Shown here: in pieces, positions 35,530 through 48,900 of the stretch
Position numbering within the stretch: position 1 is the first letter of the stretch
How the letters are laid out: the number at the start of each line of letters is the position of its first letter
Assembly: GCA_002633005.1 (NCBI GenBank)
Contig: NMRA01000180.1
Span: 619,955 to 683,954, forward strand
DNA length: 64,000 bases
Direction: 5' to 3'
Source of the DNA: Phoronis australis
Lineage: Eukaryota; Animalia; Phoronida
Program-made: the position numbers and the translations under genes
Notes under the pieces: model-generated
Database searches by the model: none
What the model was told of the DNA's origin: nothing
The model's input: the letters and a program-made list of their open reading frames with translations, nothing else

Positions 35530-36840
35530 AGTAAGCCAGTAGGTTGATGACAATACTTGTTGATATATTACCAGTGTGTTTCTAGCCTCATCATATATGC
35601 GGCATTCCAACAGAAAACGGTGTTCTTTTTCAATACAATTCATGCTGCAGCACGGGCATATTATCTTGTTGACTGTGAGACCCACGTGTCTCCCTTTAAC
35701 GCTCTTAATTAAGAGAATGGCCACATCATTTAAGTCTAGCCAAAGCGGATATGAGCAAAACACTATCAAAATGCCTTATAGAAGCTTGCGACGAGAAATC
35801 ACTTTGAACTAGTTCATACACATATAACGACCGTGCAAAAATTTTATCTTTCCAATGTTGCACGCCAATGTCAATACATCGTCGCTTGAATTCCTTGATA
35901 AAATTACTCACATCTCCTACGCCTTGATTCAGGCACACAATTCTAAAACCATATTCGAACAGAATTTTCTTCACATTTGTTACCGAACAAAGTCTATTAA
36001 ATTTAGCCATTTCCCACTGTACATCAGCGGTGATTCGAGAACTCTAAACCAGTACTTTTAAGTAATTGAAATTACTCTGCTGAACATCCTAACTTATATA
36101 GTTGTTCTTCCATGTTCACCTCTTGCAGCAGCATTGGAGTAAGGCATTCAGATCAAGCTGTAACAGATATTTACATAATTTATTATGAACCGTTTCTGTC
36201 TGGCTTTGGGTTCATGGAAACCCCATATTTCGGAGCCATATAATAAAACTGGAAAAATTTCAGAGTCAAACAATTTGTACCATAATCATACCTGCATGTC
36301 GACAAATTTTACGACGTTACTTTTCAAAACAAATGATGTTTTTTATGCTTTTTCAAAAAGTGTTTTATGTTCCTTTTTAAAGACACCTTTCGTTGAGAAT
36401 GTTACGCCTAAATGATTAAATTCAGAAGCTACGTTATTTTTTTCCATCGAATATCTTCCCTTGTTCATAATGTCTCAAATAACCACCTTTCTAAAAACCA
36501 TAATTTTTGTCTTGGGCTTGTTTACGCGCAGTTTCCACCTGTTACAGCATTCTTCCACTTTTCCAACCAGTCTTTGCATTAGCCACTGCTGTTTCAGCAA
36601 ATAGAACCAGATCATTCAGCAAATACACTCTGAATAGTCTTACACGATCCACTACCATTTTTAGGTAGTTTTCTAGGTCACTCAAAAACATCGAAATTAA
36701 AAATGTCAAAAACGTCAGTTACAAAACCTGTATCACTAATCAGGACACGGGCTTTAAGGTTTTCATGTATATTTTTCAATATATTGTACATTTTACCTTT
36801 GATACCAAAACAAATGAGTTTATATTTCAATCCTTCTAAA
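35530..36840 (-). mobile_element. Decayed non-LTR retrotransposon RT and C-terminal fragment (L2/CR1-group-like)
   Basis: Minus-strand motifs DLVLFAET, WKLRVNKPKTKIMVFRK, KLFDSEIFPVLLYGSEIWGF, VKKILFEYGF and ICPCCSMNCIEKEHRFLLECRIYDEAR. Frameshifts and stops are present. Confidence 0.85.
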
Positions 36841-37696
36841 TGTCTGGCTTGTAAACGTTCATGTGAATGTGGTCCATAATTTCGATCGAGACTACGCTCT
36901 TGTTTTACGACCGTAATCGTTATATTTAATGATAAATTGATTTATAGGTTACTTGGTGTGTGCAGAAGTTGCACGTTTGTAAATTTAGGCTAGAATTTTT
37001 CGCTTATAAATTTAGCAGGACGTCGAACTAAATTTCAAGTTTAAGTACCAGTCCCCGAGGCCACCAACCCTTCAACTAATACTCATTTGATATAGTTTTG
37101 TGGTGCAAATGTTTTGAATAAAGAATGAGTGATTTACCACCAACATTTAGACTTTCCACTGCATTACCCCCCCCCCGAGAAAAGTTTTCAATCTTTGTTT
37201 TTTGCAATGTTATATATCATCCGCACACACAGCTAAGAGCAAGCGAGTTATATTTGGCCTAAATATTGAAAAAACCTGGTTAGTTTCAAAAAATAAAACA
37301 AAAACACATGGCCAGACAACCTGGTAGATGTACATTTTGGCACATATGGATGAACTGTGTACCTCGGGAGCAAGTTTTCGGTTATACAGAATTTGTTAAA
37401 TGCACGACACTTTTCATTGTTCACAGTCTTTATTCAGTTACGTTCGTACTTTCGGAACAAAACTCTACTCTCAACTGAACATAGATACAGTAACTGACCT
37501 AGCTACATAATTAAAAGACACACGATATTTCGAAACATACCCGTTTCATTCTCAAGTGAAGATAAAATGACACAGTAATGCCACCACAGAGTATAAGCTG
37601 ACGACACACACAGTGAGACACGGCGGGTGTGAAATACTGCAAAGAATGACTAATGAATTGGGGTAACAGGAAAGTCACGCAAACAAGTGTAACGTG

Positions 37697-38218
37697 NNNN
37701 NNNNNNNNNNNNNNNNNNNNNNNNNNNNNNNNNNNNNNNNNNNNNNNNNNNNNNNNNNNNNNNNNNNNNNNNNNNNNNNNNNNNNNNNNNNNNNNNNNNN
37801 NNNNNNNNNNNNNNNNNNNNNNNNNNNNNNNNNNNNNNNNNNNNNNNNNNNNNNNNNNNNNNNNNNNNNNNNNNNNNNNNNNNNNNNNNNNNNNNNNNNN
37901 NNNNNNNNNNNNNNNNNNNNNNNNNNNNNNNNNNNNNNNNNNNNNNNNNNNNNNNNNNNNNNNNNNNNNNNNNNNNNNNNNNNNNNNNNNNNNNNNNNNN
38001 NNNNNNNNNNNNNNNNNNNNNNNNNNNNNNNNNNNNNNNNNNNNNNNNNNNNNNNNNNNNNNNNNNNNNNNNNNNNNNNNNNNNNNNNNNNNNNNNNNNN
38101 NNNNNNNNNNNNNNNNNNNNNNNNNNNNNNNNNNNNNNNNNNNNNNNNNNNNNNNNNNNNNNNNNNNNNNNNNNNNNNNNNNNNNNNNNNNNNNNNNNNN
38201 NNNNNNNNNNNNNNNNNN
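37697..38218. other. Assembly gap (522 N)
   Basis: Run of N. The poly-X ORFs over it are artefacts. Confidence 0.99.
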
Positions 38219-38989
38219 CCCCCCCCTAAATCCGTAGTCATGAAAATACAACCTGGCTGGCCCATTCTCTGGTCGTTACTATGATGCTTGACAACTGACC
38301 GAGATGCGACAAAATATGATCTAACTTTTCGAAAACATTTATTTTACACGGACACATTTTGCTTCGTCGGCGTATGGCAACGACCCAACGCTTCCGAATC
38401 TAAACGTCTTTAGAGATTGTGAAGCGTGTACATATTTTTCCTAGCCGTTCGGGGAACAACACGGACTGAAACACAGACTCCTATGCCGATAAGCTAACAG
38501 AGCTATCGTAGCGAGCCTCGTTTTGGAACGCGCCTCCTGTCGGCGTGAATAGGGTCTATGTTAAGAGCTTCGCTTTTAGCCCTCTAGTGCCATAAATTGC
38601 CAAATGTAACGAAATGTTAGGCGTATTAGCTTGCTTTTGTCTACGTCACCGCGAGAATCACCTTTTTAATTTAAACAGCTGCGAATAACACTCGTACGCA
38701 GTGGTGTTCTATTAAGACCCCTATTCAACACAACCTTTTGTTGTTTGTGCTGGGATCTCGCGGTGACCCAACATGGCACGAAAAGGCAGGCTTCACTTAG
38801 CATTTGACGGGCTTACAGTTGAGTGATTGAACTTGCGTTTTCTTATTTTACTAAGTCTTTGCTAGGACTATCTGGTTAGCCTAATACATCTAAAGTAACA
38901 AAATTCCGTTGAAGTTAGGCTTTAGGCAGCGGCAAGTCCCTGGCTTTGAATATATAGGGCTGTCCCGGATTACACGGCTACTGATAGAG

Positions 38990-39849
38990 AACTCTCCTTG
39001 TCGCGGAGATAAGAAAGCGTGTGACCTCGTTTTGGAAATCAGGCGCATTTTCGTGTTTCTCATTGATGTCGGGAAGGCAAAGAATTTCAGATCACGCATC
39101 CACGGGTATTTGTCCAGTGTAACAAACTTTCTCGCGTCGGAGTTGCAGGCCACAGCACAGCAGTAATCACCTCGTTGGCATTGGAAGTACGAATAGAGTA
39201 ATGCAACAGAGAAAAACTTGTAAGGAGTCAGACAACAACAAATAACATGTGAGAATCCACGAAAACGAAGCAGCAAATATGCCTGACGGATGTTTACGCC
39301 GGGCATTGTGAATAAATACAGCGAGAATCGAGTGTCACTGTGTTATCCGGGAAGATTCCATTAATTCCAATCTGTCCCGGAGGAGATTATAACGCCTAGG
39401 GACTTGCACTTTGTTGCAAACAAAGTCACACCGCTGTATTGCATGTAAGCAATGAATCACACTGCATTGTGCACGAAGCAACTCGTACTTAGCCTGGTTA
39501 TGCATATTTGGTAGAATACATTTGGAGTTTCCAATATTCCGACATCTGTGGAATGCCCGGCCGTCTATGCATTCAGATTCTCAACTTCATGAACGAAAAC
39601 GAAATCGTATACGACAATCGGAGTGTGTCAATAGTGGGCTGAGTGTCATATAGTCGAACAATCACAATCGGAACAAAATCGGATGTTATCTCTGTTTCAC
39701 TGAGCCGATAAATCTTATTCCACATTTAGCTCGAAAAGTTGTGTCAGTACATCTGTCTTGATATTCAGCCCGTATACGCCTAACCGCAGTATCTAAACAA
39801 GGCTTAAAAAGCAGCCCCCCCGGAATTTTCTCAGAGAATAGAGGCTGCT
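38990..39849 (-). mobile_element. DNA-transposon remnant with a degenerate THAP zinc finger and a Kolobok-like terminus
   Basis: Minus strand ~39182-39040 reads MPTR/GDYCCAVACNSDARKF...DLKFFAFPT...R, a frameshifted THAP-like C-x4-C and FP motif. GAGGCTGCT|TTAA at 39841-39853. The other end was not located. Confidence 0.5.
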
Positions 39850-39913
39850 TTAATGAATAGGCATTCAAGTTTGTGAGTGCTCAACGAGTTCTCAGCTACG
39901 CTAGCGGCTTTTC

Positions 39914-39930
39914 ATGATGGCGATGCAAAG
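39914..39930 (+). CDS. LOX-B putative exon 1 (MMAMQS)
   Basis: ATGATGGCGATGCAAAG|GTAGGA, phase 2, matching exon 2. Confidence 0.45.
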
Positions 39931-42900
39931 GTAGGAGTTATCGAAATTGTACTCCAGTTGTCCTATATACCATTGTTGTTTCATTACCTGAAATGTTACT
40001 CTTTAGCAACTAAAACTTTCAATTAGTATCTTGATTCTTTTTAAGTTGTTTGGTTTCTGTTGTCACTGCGAAATTAACATGAAACAGCCCGAGTTCATGT
40101 CCTGGACGACTTCATACAAACATAACCTGGACAACTTGATGCAAACCAATTTAAGGACACGTTTAGGTGATTCCTTATTTCCAATAATGTTAAAAATTCA
40201 ATGTAGAGTTCACTATCGATTTGTGTCAAAGTCAAAAAGTGAGTAGTAATGAGACTCAAACAGCATAAGAACTAGGACAATCAGTGTTTTCACAAGTCCA
40301 CAGATACGCAGTAGAAGCGAGGATCTTAGTCGAGTCCCTATTAAGGACTGTTTCATGCAACAGGGCACGGGAATTCAAGGGCGCGAGATGCCCACCACTA
40401 GGCCTGGTTGAATTTCTGTATTCGAGCGGTGGTCCAGATGGATTAATGGGCTAGAACGTCTGCACTGTTAGCAGAATGGCCAGAGTTCGGGTCCCGCGGA
40501 AAGAAAACTTTGCAGACTTATATTCAATAAGTCGCGTGATGTGATCTTAGAAGTGTTTAAGAGATCCAGCTCATTATAATTGCGACACAATTTTAGTGCG
40601 TCTGCTGGCCTGAGTTCGGCAATCACAGCTGCTTCAATAAAAATATGCCCATGACGTGGTGACGGTACCGAAATTACCAATGGACATGTCTTGTGACACT
40701 GAAGTAAAAAACAAGGGCCTATTTCTGATGGTTTTATGTTCCGCACGTCTATTTCTGAAAATAACTTAATTTCATTTGTGCAACTTGTGCAAAGTCTGAG
40801 AGTATACACATAACTGCCTTTTAATTAGATAAGTTCTTTAAATTATTTTTAAACTGATGCACACACCCTTCTTCAACAATTATACCAAATTTCTTTCTTA
40901 CGCAACTTTTCATGAAACACACTAGATACTAGATCATGTAGTTACTTATGACACTCATCATGCTCATCACTCTCTTTATCATATAAAAAGCCATTCTTCA
41001 CACAGTCACTGATTTCTTATTTGAGCGATAAAACATTTCTGAAGAGACTAATGTTCTGTCTGAAACTGTAGGGAGCAGTCATGCATAGTAACACATATGG
41101 AGGCAGCTATATTGAAATAGTTTTGCACCTTCTCATTTTTTCGTGATTGGCTAAAGAAGCAGGATACAGCGCTAACTCTTGCCCAGTTATGTTATATTAG
41201 TAGGGCATTAAATTTGATTTTTAAAAATGTACAAGTTTAAATGCGAGGACTTCTCAAGTGTTGAAAGCTTGAAGATATATGATGCCACACAATACTGAAA
41301 AATTAAGTTGCCCCCCTGACATGGTCACAATATGAATAGACTGGAACTACAGTCAATGGACAATTGCCTCCGAACATTGTATTGTTATTATACATATTGT
41401 GTTTCTGCATTTCTTACTTTCTAAAACCACTCTGTCTTTATGCATACATTTGGAAAATGAGGTCAACCATACAGTGCGTGCTATACGTGATTCTGTCAAT
41501 GAGGACAGTTATACCGGCTGTGGGAACACAAAAGTGCTTACAAATTACACCACGACTACGTAATCGTCTACCTGAGGGAGGATTGGAGTGATGTAGACTA
41601 CAAAGTAATGTCTCAACTATAGACTTTACATTAAAAAATCAGACCAAAGTCTTCTCACTGCTACAACACCAAATTATTTTTAATTCTTGTACCCCTGAAT
41701 TCCACCATTTTTCGCAAACTTTGGGCAACTGCCTCTGCAAAGAATCGAAGTAAAATGACACTAAAAAAAAAAAACTTATGCCAGGCCTTCACGAGCGACT
41801 GCTTCGATTAGGTGTGCCTTGAACACTTTGCAATTTTCTAAAGCCGGCATTGGAGACAATCCCTGAGCATACAAAAACACCTGTTTTGAAAAATTGTATT
41901 TTTAACTGAGTTACTTAATATTGGAACCTTAAACTTCTCTTTTAGTCATTACACAGCAGAAGTGTACACGAGTGCCAAGAAAACCTCGGGCTGGAAAGGA
42001 ATAGGCACAGACGATGACGTTCACTTGTCAATACACGGTATGCACGAATTTGACGGTGTTAGATTTCCAAACACTGACTATTTTGTATAAAACATACGCC
42101 GAGTTGAATAACATTGTAGCTGTTATTCCTACTTATATAAAACCCTTGGCGAAAAGAAAACCACATTTTTAGCTTCATTTCATTGTTTAGCTGGATAGAA
42201 ATTGAAAATAGATTTATGCCGTTCACTTTACTAACATCGCTCTCCTAATATATGGCCTTATCGTGATGTGATTCTGTTTTCTTTTACCAGTAAGAACATC
42301 GGATCAGCGTCTTAATAAAACCTTACTTGAGTTGGTAACGGACAATCAGACGGCAAAGGAAATTACGAGATCAAGTTTATGAAAGGAAAAAACTAATTCG
42401 AGTTTCGATTTTTAGCCAGCTGAACAGGGTGAAATGTCGCTGTAATCACTACAACATCAGTTCCTAAACATGAGACACCGGTAAGGCAAAAGAAGCAGTC
42501 TTGGTTCTATTCTCTACCAAGACTCACTAATTTTAAGACACCAACGTGCATCAAGTTCAACCGCTATACAAAGATACGTCAGCAAGGATAAACAAGGTTT
42601 GAAACGCCATGATTTGCCAAACGATGAAAAAACAAACAGGTTACACATCATTTTTGTTCTTGTGAGGTTTATTTTCTTTCTTAAAAATGAGTAACAAAAG
42701 AATATTGCACTCCCGACTCGCGTTAAAAACAGAGACCAGAAACCATTATGTTTTTTTAGCTGATCAGACTTCATTGTTCAGTGTAAGTGTCAGAGTAAAT
42801 AAAGCTCCCTTCATGATTGAAAAAAAGACCAGAAACCATTATGTTTTTTTGAGCTGAGCAAACTTCATTGTTCAGGGTAAGTATCAGAGTAAATAAAGCT

Positions 42901-45900
42901 CCCCGCATGATTAAAAAAAAATCGGCAGCCAAATTGAAACCAAGGGAGTCAATAAAAAAGACACGTCATCAATTTATAATTATTCCCCCCAGGCAGGAGT
43001 TTTTTGATCAAATTTCCTTTAGTTAGGGGTTTGGTTTTCATTTTCTTTGAGACTTGAAAAAATGTTAGGACGCAATCATCTCATTTTGATATAAATTCGA
43101 CGTATTCTGCCACACCTAGTGGTGTTCCTATTAAGAAGTGGACGACTGACGTCAGTTTTCAGACCCGTTCGACTACTGTCGCCCATCCCAGTGGCAAATG
43201 TTTGCGTCCGCGGCTGTGTCTTTTAAACACCTTTAAGGACCTTTGTGAAGTTAAACAAACGTAATCCTATGAATGTGACAACGGATGACAACGAGTTTGG
43301 ACGGATCCGACTACCACTGTGTCTCCTAGTGATAATTTTAATGTTTATATTTTCCTCTGCATCTTTGAAGGGCCTTGGCGCTTTTTCATGAAATTTGGCA
43401 CATATGGGTTTCTATTAAAAAGAAATTGTCATTTTCCCGTTTCAGGCGGATTCGAGGTATTCTGAGCCACCTAGTGGCCATTTATATTTGTGAATTTTGG
43501 CGTGAACTTTCTATCATGGAAACCACTTAGAAGAACGTTATGAAATTTGACAGATGTTTTACCCTTGGGGGGAGCACTGCTGCCGGTGATTTTCAGACCG
43601 GCCCTACTGCTATGGCAATTTTCCTTTCTACCAAGCTCTTTGATGGATCTTTAAGGAATTTGACTTAATGTGTTCCTATTGTGGAGAGCAACTGACATGG
43701 ATTTTGGGACAAAGACAACTACTGTGGGGTCTCCTAGTGGCAGCTACGTTTTTTTCGTTTGTTCCTATATCTGCTTCTTTGGTGGATGTTCATCAAATTT
43801 GACATATGCGTTGCTATCACGAATGCGACAGCACATGCTTCGTTTCAGAACGATTTGCCTTCGCTGTGCCCCCTAATGGGCTATTTGTTTTTTGTCGTCA
43901 GTTTTACTTTCCGACAAACTGCTTGAAGATTGAATCATGATGGAAGGTGGTAGATGTTTTCCTGTCTAGGAAAGAACAGGTGACTTGCTCCCTGTTCCCC
44001 CGGTGTAAATGTTTAAAATATTGACCATCCCTTGTTGTATCTGGTACAAACAGTGGGCGCTTATGAACTCTCCGCGTTGGTCTTGTTTATTTTGTGAAAC
44101 ACTTCAATGAGGTAGTTTCAGCGAACTTTTTCATTGGATAATTTGAATATTTCAGGTACACATGGTGTAACAGAACGTACCATGCTGGATAAATGGTGGC
44201 GAGATGATCTAGAGCCTGGTGCGTGTGACGTCTACAAGCTCCAGGGTGGCGATGTAGGGGACATCCTGTACCTGACTTTAGAAAAGCAGGGAAATGATGA
44301 CTGGCATCTCGCTAAGGTAAAACAACATCTGCAAGAGGGAACCTGCGTTTCTGGCACTGGGTATCTGAATTAAATGACAACCCACTCTGAAATGCTGCCC
44401 TTTGTGCTCCTTCTAAAGATGATTGCATTTATGTTTCAAAAAGAGCAGATACCTTACTATCGCTGGCAAATGTAAAGTTCAGATGTTCACATAACAAGTT
44501 TCTTTGATACGAGATGTTCCTTTCATACATGTACATCGGCATCAGTGTATGTGAAGGGGAATGCGCCCCTGGACGGTGATGAACGCTATGTAAACAAAAG
44601 CATGGTGGCCTTATGGAAGCCGGGGAATTTTCAGAATAAAATTTGAAATTTTAAAAACTAACGAGGTTTTAAAATATTGGTAACGTAAGGCAATGTAAAC
44701 CTGTGATCCACGCATTACTTAAACGATCATATAAGCCATTGCAAAGACAAAATTACTAAAATTACTGAAATTCTCACGGAGTGCTGCTAGCTGAGCGCCT
44801 GGGAGGTTTTGCCGGCTCAATCGAAAAGACAATCACTGAAATGTGTAAAGTTTAAAAAATGGTATTATACAGTGACAACCTTTTTCGTTGTTATGTTTTT
44901 ATGGTACCTATTTTTCAGTTGTTTATAAACCGACAAGGCGATCAGCTGTCAAGGGGGCCGCTCTCCGGTGCGCCCTTACATCACTGCATTCCCAAAGTTT
45001 TTACTATCGGTCTAAAAATTCCTTGACCCTACGCCACTTGAGATTTATTATAACAAAAAGATTTGAGGCATGCGTTCATGTAAAACACTTGAACATTAAG
45101 TAGAAAAAAATTAATAAAAACCCATGGAAATTGATGATCATACAAACAGCAGTCAGTATGCGTGCATGGAAAGTCGTGTCAAATTGTATGCAACAATGAT
45201 TGACCAATTGTGTACATGTGCATATTTAGAATTGAGGGCATAGGCCAGTTTGAATAAAAGCTGGGAGCAAACTTTTGCAAAACGATAGAGCTATAGAAAC
45301 TGATATGTTAACATTAAGTATTTCAATGAAAAAAGAAGAATGCACGATACCAAGAACATCCTGTACTGGTTGGTAAGACACGCGCTTTGGATCGGTTAGC
45401 CGCGTGTGCCCTGAACACCACTGCTTGGGCGGCCGAAGCCGGAGGTCGGAAGTGTGCATTTGCTCAGACCCAATTTCCCGAAAGGTGATTGGAATTGTCT
45501 ATTTCAGTTTATACCAAGAAATAATAAATAATAATTACACTAATATGCAGACCAGGGGCGGATCCAGGATTTTTAGTTAGGGAGGGAGGGGAGCAGAGTA
45601 TTACCTAGTATTTTGCCTGTCAGACATTCGCACCTGGGAACTGCCAAATGTGATCTGGTAGAGTTTTAAGGGAGGAAGGGCATGACCCCCTTGGCCCCCC
45701 TCTAAATCCGGCACTGCGGACGTTTTTTTTAAAAAAAAAAACGCATGTAAAGGGTGTTGAGGTGTCTCAAGGAAAATTACTTCAGCGATAGGCTACTTTT
45801 CTTTAACTATCAAGTATCACATGTCCTAGTACCGAATTCATCTTAGCGAGTACAGTCTGAAATGACATACATGTAGTCTCATAGTTCAAATAGTTTTGTC

Positions 45901-48900
45901 ATAGACTCTGTTGTAAAACAACACGCCGATGAACTATAGTTATAAAAAGTCGTTCGCAGTTATGTTAATTTTTACACCAATTAATGTAACCCTTTTATCC
46001 GACCATGATGTGCGGAATCGCAGATTTTTTCTGTCAATAACAAGCACACTTCCATCTGATTGGCCATCCAGAACGAGAAGGACAACAAAAAGTTCACACA
46101 GAAGCAACACATTGAGATACTGTAACCATTTCAAAGTTTTGATTTATTTCAAAATATACTAATTTCAAAATATTACCATCTCGCAGTAAAATAGCACCGT
46201 GATAGTAAAAGGGAAATGTTTATCTGGTTGAAAGTTACTGTACCGTAATGGTACATGCACCCCATTTCAGCAAAAGTCAGATTTCAACCAACTCTAATTT
46301 AATCCCTCAATTTAGTTGGATCCGACTTTTACTGGCACACAATTACTTACTAGTATATTTGTATTGACAACACCCCGCCACAAAATAAATATGACAAAAC
46401 TCAATGGTCATAAACTCTATCTGCCCTGCCCTACACATGCGCGCACCCAGGGGCGCTCGGGGGGCAAAACGGTCCGCCTCAGAAAAACAAAAACTCCGAG
46501 TAAACGAGCCAAAAGTCCACTAAAAAGGCGCAAATGCACAATTTATAATTCTGAACGTGTTACCCCGTTTTTTGTCCTCCCGCTCAGTAAAAGGTCCACA
46601 TCGTCAGAAATTCGAGCCCCCCATATTAAACGTTGGGTGCGCCCATGCTACATACCCAGGCATTAATACACTGTAAGTATCAGAAGACCCATGATAAACA
46701 GGACAGAATCTAAAAATGATGTTTTTCCTCAAGTAAGACAGTTGCAGATTTTAATAACTTGCCAGGCTACATAACATTTGTCCCATCTCTTGAAATCTAC
46801 AGAAACAACCCATCCACCGTCCCAATATAACATTGTGGTTTGTAGCATTCTTGGGGTATCCCGTCCTTCGATCCTGCCCTATTTGTAAAAACTTGGCTAT
46901 AAATCTTCGAATCGGTGTCCACTCTGTAAAAATGTACAGCTATTAAAGGAAAATGCCACCCCATTTAATTAGTCTTTTTACCGTCTTAATCCGTCTGTAT
47001 CCACATCGCCTCTTCTAGGGTCGACCTCACCTTGTCGAGAGGTGTCGCGTTAACCTGTGAGGAAGCTGAGAAGCGACGCAGCGACGTCAGTGGTTCGTCT
47101 GCAGAGTGAATGTCGCTATATTGCTGTGCATCGGTTCCCGCTTGTCCGCACTATGAAGCTGCGAAGAAAGCGGGTATATCTTTTTTTCGACTTCCTCGAG
47201 AGCCTGAAATGCTTAGGAAGTAGGCCTAGCTCGCGGTAGTAAAGAATGAAAGGTACAAGAACTATCCGTACGTTCCGTTGCCTGTGCCTGTTCACGGCGC
47301 CTCTCTAGTATTTCTTGATCAGTGTATTCCGGTTCGAACCGGTAGCCTGTGAAACCTATAGTAACGATCCGACCCGTGTGGTCTTCGTCGGATGAGCTCT
47401 TGACTAAGTCAGGATTGGCGCCGGGCGAGTTGCCGCGTAGACGTTTATTATTCTGCGTTCTGTTTCAGAATGAATTATTCTCAAAACCAATGCTTACCTA
47501 ATCAATGTCTGTCTCATAAGATACAATTTGTATTGCATTGGAATGCTCGTAAGTGCCAGTGTTTTAAGAAGCCAGCAATGAATAACACACTGCGTTACCG
47601 GCTTTTGATGCCGGCAGCAAAGGCAACGAGGCCGTGTGCATGCTAATTCAGTGTTCGCTGACAGAAAGCTGTTGTGAAACAATTACTCGATTTTCTATGC
47701 TATGGTCACATGTTAGGGAAATCTTTATTTAGAAATACAAATACATTATTCAAATCATTGTTACTGTACAACCTTTGCAATGACTGTCTGTGGAAGGGGA
47801 ACCCGACTTCGCGGCCCCCGACAAGTAAGTAGATTTTCAGTTTCATGGCTAATTCACATAAATAATTACGTGCACATTATTTCTTTGGCTCACTATTATA
47901 GTCTTTCGTGACTGGAGGTTTAGTTTCCAACTCAAGCTGGTTTATGTTCGTGCCAGTCCCGGCGGTCGCGACGGGCCTGATCGGGTTCCGAGCCACAGGC
48001 CGGGATGACAAGCGTTTTGTGTGTTTAGACCTCAAAAAATCACAAGTATTAAATACACAGATCTAGATTCTCCTGTCTGTATTTCACGGAAAAATACTTC
48101 GAAATTATCTCCGAAAAGACCCCAAAATCCTGCTACGGACCTTGGTAAATTGGCCTGCCGTACTTTGTAGGCTACGATGTGTCCAAATACCAGTTAATCC
48201 GTGACATGGAAATAAAACAACAAGTTTTTACAAGAACTCGGTGTGTTTTTAAGGGGTTTACATCGAATTTTGACAATTAATTGGTGTTAAACGATGAATT
48301 TAAGCGATAAGCTCACACCACTTATCCATGTTGTGAATTGCTGAACAGACTGCGTGTGAAACCAATTACGTCATTGGATAATTTCAACACCTCCGTCTGT
48401 CGTCAGGTGTCAGGTAACGCAACCGAGCCTGCCGTTATCGAGTAGAGCTACTCGATCTAAATTGATACAGAATAGGTTGTTTTTTTGGGTGGCATTCTCC
48501 TTTAATCTTGTGGTAACTTTTTGTGTTTCTTCGTTGCTAGAAAACAACAGGTATATTGGTCACTAAACCCTTAAAGACGTATCAGACTAAGAAGGAAAGT
48601 CAAGTAAAAGACCATTAAACATTGACTTAAGTGGGTGTTCTAGGAACAAAATGAAGTTGAACAATATTGTTTCTGCGATCGGATTCTCATCCACAAAATC
48701 ATTTTATTTCAGTTTCAATTTTTAAACCTCAAAAGACAAAAAATACATCATTGATTCTGGGTCAAACTTTGACATCTACTGTATTTCACCTAAAGTGAAA
48801 GTACCTGCGTGACGGCAAATGGTCTAAAGTTGAGTTTATCACTTTATCACGGTGTATATGTGTTGATAACCACGGCAGAATAATTGACTAGGGTCGTATT

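Noticed and set aside
37511-38284. Long ORFs of 194-246 aa
   Set aside because: Artefacts of the N gap.
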